24,497 bases of DNA from a bacterium (GTDB taxonomy: Bacteria; Electryoneota; Electryoneia; Electryoneales; Electryoneaceae): positions 1 through 24,497 of the forward strand of contig JAZDLX010000100.1 of the NCBI GenBank assembly GCA_043801585.1, written 5' to 3'. Under the pieces are notes generated by a model. The model did no database searches. It was not told where the DNA came from and was given only the letters and a program-made list of their open reading frames with translations. The position numbers and the translations under genes were made by a program. Positions 23,011 to 24,497 of this stretch are shown here, piece after piece. Each line of letters starts with the position of its first letter. Position 1 is the first letter of the stretch.

Positions 23011-23373
23011 GATACGGCCTCCGTAAATTAAAAGGGTGCAAACATCGGAAGTTACGTTCCACCTATCGAGCGTGCCAGAGCCCAGGGAGCGGGAATGTGT
23101 CAGGCAGGTCAAGTCAATTACGTAAATAGATGTAATTAAAATACGTTATTGTGGCCCTATTGGAAAAAAGCCGGTATCAAAATGAATAACATTGCATTGA
23201 AAACGTTCTTTGGCTACTTTCGCGCAAGAAGCAGATGGCAGGGTTTCCAAACCTGTTGGATCGTTACGGGCCGGGTAGTTTGAAATGTTCACTTCCCGAG
23301 TCGCAAAAGTGACATGAACAGGTCGCCGAAGGCATTTGGAATGCCCGGCAACCTCAACAAGGAGTCTGTTCAC

Positions 23374-24075
23374 ATGAAACGATTTATTGTGCTGGCTATC
23401 CTGATTGCTCTTGTCATTCCGCCGGTCTATGGTATGGATTTCGAGATCGCCCAAAAGGGTGTGAAGGTCGGTATCAACCTCGCCAATGCTTCCGGGACGA
23501 CGACCGATCCAGGTGCAGGAATCGACAAGAAGAGCAAGATCAAGTTTGGTGTCGGAGGATATGCGGAATTCGAAGTGAACGAGATGTTCTCCGTGATGCC
23601 CGAGCTGTGGATCCTTTGGCGCGGTAATGGTTATGAGGGATCAGGCACAACAGCATCATTTTCGTTCACAAATCTCGAAATCCCCATTCTGGCTCGCTAC
23701 TACATTCTTCCCGACAATGACTTCAAACCTGTCGCGTTTGCCGGACCGGTGATCGGCATGAATTTCGGATCCAATGCCAATATCGATATGGGCGCCCTGG
23801 GTACCAGTGACGGTAAAATTCAGAATGCCAGTTTCTTCCAACTCGGTCTCGCCTTCGGGGCAGGTGCCCAATATGAATTCATGAACGGCTACCTGGTCTT
23901 TGATGTGCGCTATTACATGGGTCTGACGAACTTCTTGTCGACACCATCGAACAGCGACCTCGCCAACGCCTCAGCAGATGATATCTGGCTCGTCGATACG
24001 GACGACCAGGGAAATGTAATTGATGTTGACGCCAAGCATAACGGGATCATGTTTTCTGTGGGCTATGCATTCTGA
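23374..24075 (+). CDS. Outer-membrane beta-barrel (porin/PorT-like 8-stranded family)
   Basis: Signal peptide, then GVKVGIN, LEIPILARY, FAGP and DVRYYMGL. C-terminal SVGYAF beta-signal. AAGGAG RBS. Confidence 0.85.
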   Translation: MKRFIVLAILIALVIPPVYGMDFEIAQKGVKVGINLANASGTTTDPGAGIDKKSKIKFGVGGYAEFEVNEMFSVMPELWILWRGNGYEGSGTTASFSFTNLEIPILARYYILPDNDFKPVAFAGPVIGMNFGSNANIDMGALGTSDGKIQNASFFQLGLAFGAGAQYEFMNGYLVFDVRYYMGLTNFLSTPSNSDLANASADDIWLVDTDDQGNVIDVDAKHNGIMFSVGYAF

Positions 24076-24095
24076 TGCTTGTTGAAGGACCATAT

Positions 24096-24124
24096 AAAAA
24101 GCCGCCATCTGGCGGCTTTTTTTT
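24096..24124 (+). terminator. Intrinsic terminator
   Basis: AAAAA-GCCGCC-ATCT-GGCGGC-TTTTTTTT. Confidence 0.9.
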
Positions 24125-24207
24125 CAATGCTTCTTGTTTTGGACTATCGGTTCTTGAGGATGAGTGAATTGCTCTGGGTCCATCGTCTGGAAGTAGGAGA
24201 CTGAGAA

Positions 24208-24238
24208 ACCCGACCCGCCAGCTGGCGGGCCGGGCCAC
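24208..24238 (-). repeat. GTGG-type REP-like element with internal CCGCCAGCTGGCGG palindrome
   Basis: ACCCG-ACCCGCCAGCTGGCGGGC-CGGGCCAC. Confidence 0.65.
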
Positions 24239-24366
24239 CCAACGGGATCAAGTCACTCGTTGACAGGAAGTGATCCGGGAGACGGCAACTTCGCAAGCAT
24301 TGGACTATTTTAAATGCACAGCAATCACGGTGGAAGTTTGGACCGCCAACGTACACCGGTGGGGTG

Positions 24367-24497
24367 ATGATGAAATCGAACTGGTGGACGATCCTCGTAG
24401 CCACGTTTACACTTGCACTCCCCTCTTTCGCACAGACGCCCTTCATCGAGTGGGAGGACGACCCCGAGGATTGGTTCGACGGGGAGCGTCATTCCGC
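24367..24497 (+). CDS. Secreted protein, 3'-truncated (not in the ORF track)
   Basis: MMKSNWWTILVATFTLALPSFA-QTPFIEWEDDPEDW... is a signal peptide followed by Gln. The frame stays open to the window end. Confidence 0.6.
   Translation, partial: MMKSNWWTILVATFTLALPSFAQTPFIEWEDDPEDWFDGERHS

Noticed and set aside
23116..23137. AATTAC-N10-GTAATT inverted repeat in the divergent promoter region
   Set aside because: Short and AT-rich within an AT-rich spacer, so it cannot be distinguished from chance.

Overview
GC-rich bacterial DNA, most likely from a non-Bacteroidia FCB-superphylum lineage. This is inferred from T9SS-type C-terminal domains, a PorV-family barrel, Gln after several signal peptides and clear Shine-Dalgarno sites. 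Bases 1-18839 form one co-directional (+) galactan/galactose utilization locus. It encodes a 5'-truncated large protein with an atypical T9SS-like CTD that is ATGA-coupled to a PorV-family barrel, a non-catalytic protein of four CBM20-like modules, two GH53 endo-beta-1,4-galactanases (one with a CTD, one a lipoprotein), a lipoprotein GH2 beta-galactosidase with a LamG insertion, a LacI regulator, galM, a sodium:solute symporter, galT and galK. No susC/susD or galE lies in the window. Next come an AT-rich toxin-first RelE/Gp49-HTH toxin-antitoxin islet with a clear promoter and twin operators, tRNA-Pro(GGG), a mosaic of REP-like palindromes, a MerR regulator, dut, an AlaA-like aminotransferase, an outer-membrane beta-barrel and the start of a secreted protein. 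The most interesting signals are the apparently SusD-independent, PorV-coupled PUL architecture, a ~260-aa module shared by two neighbouring proteins (candidate new galactan-binding CBM), strong D-S/T sequon enrichment in exported proteins, and several REP-like repeat families. All calls come from reading the sequence by eye; no searches were run.
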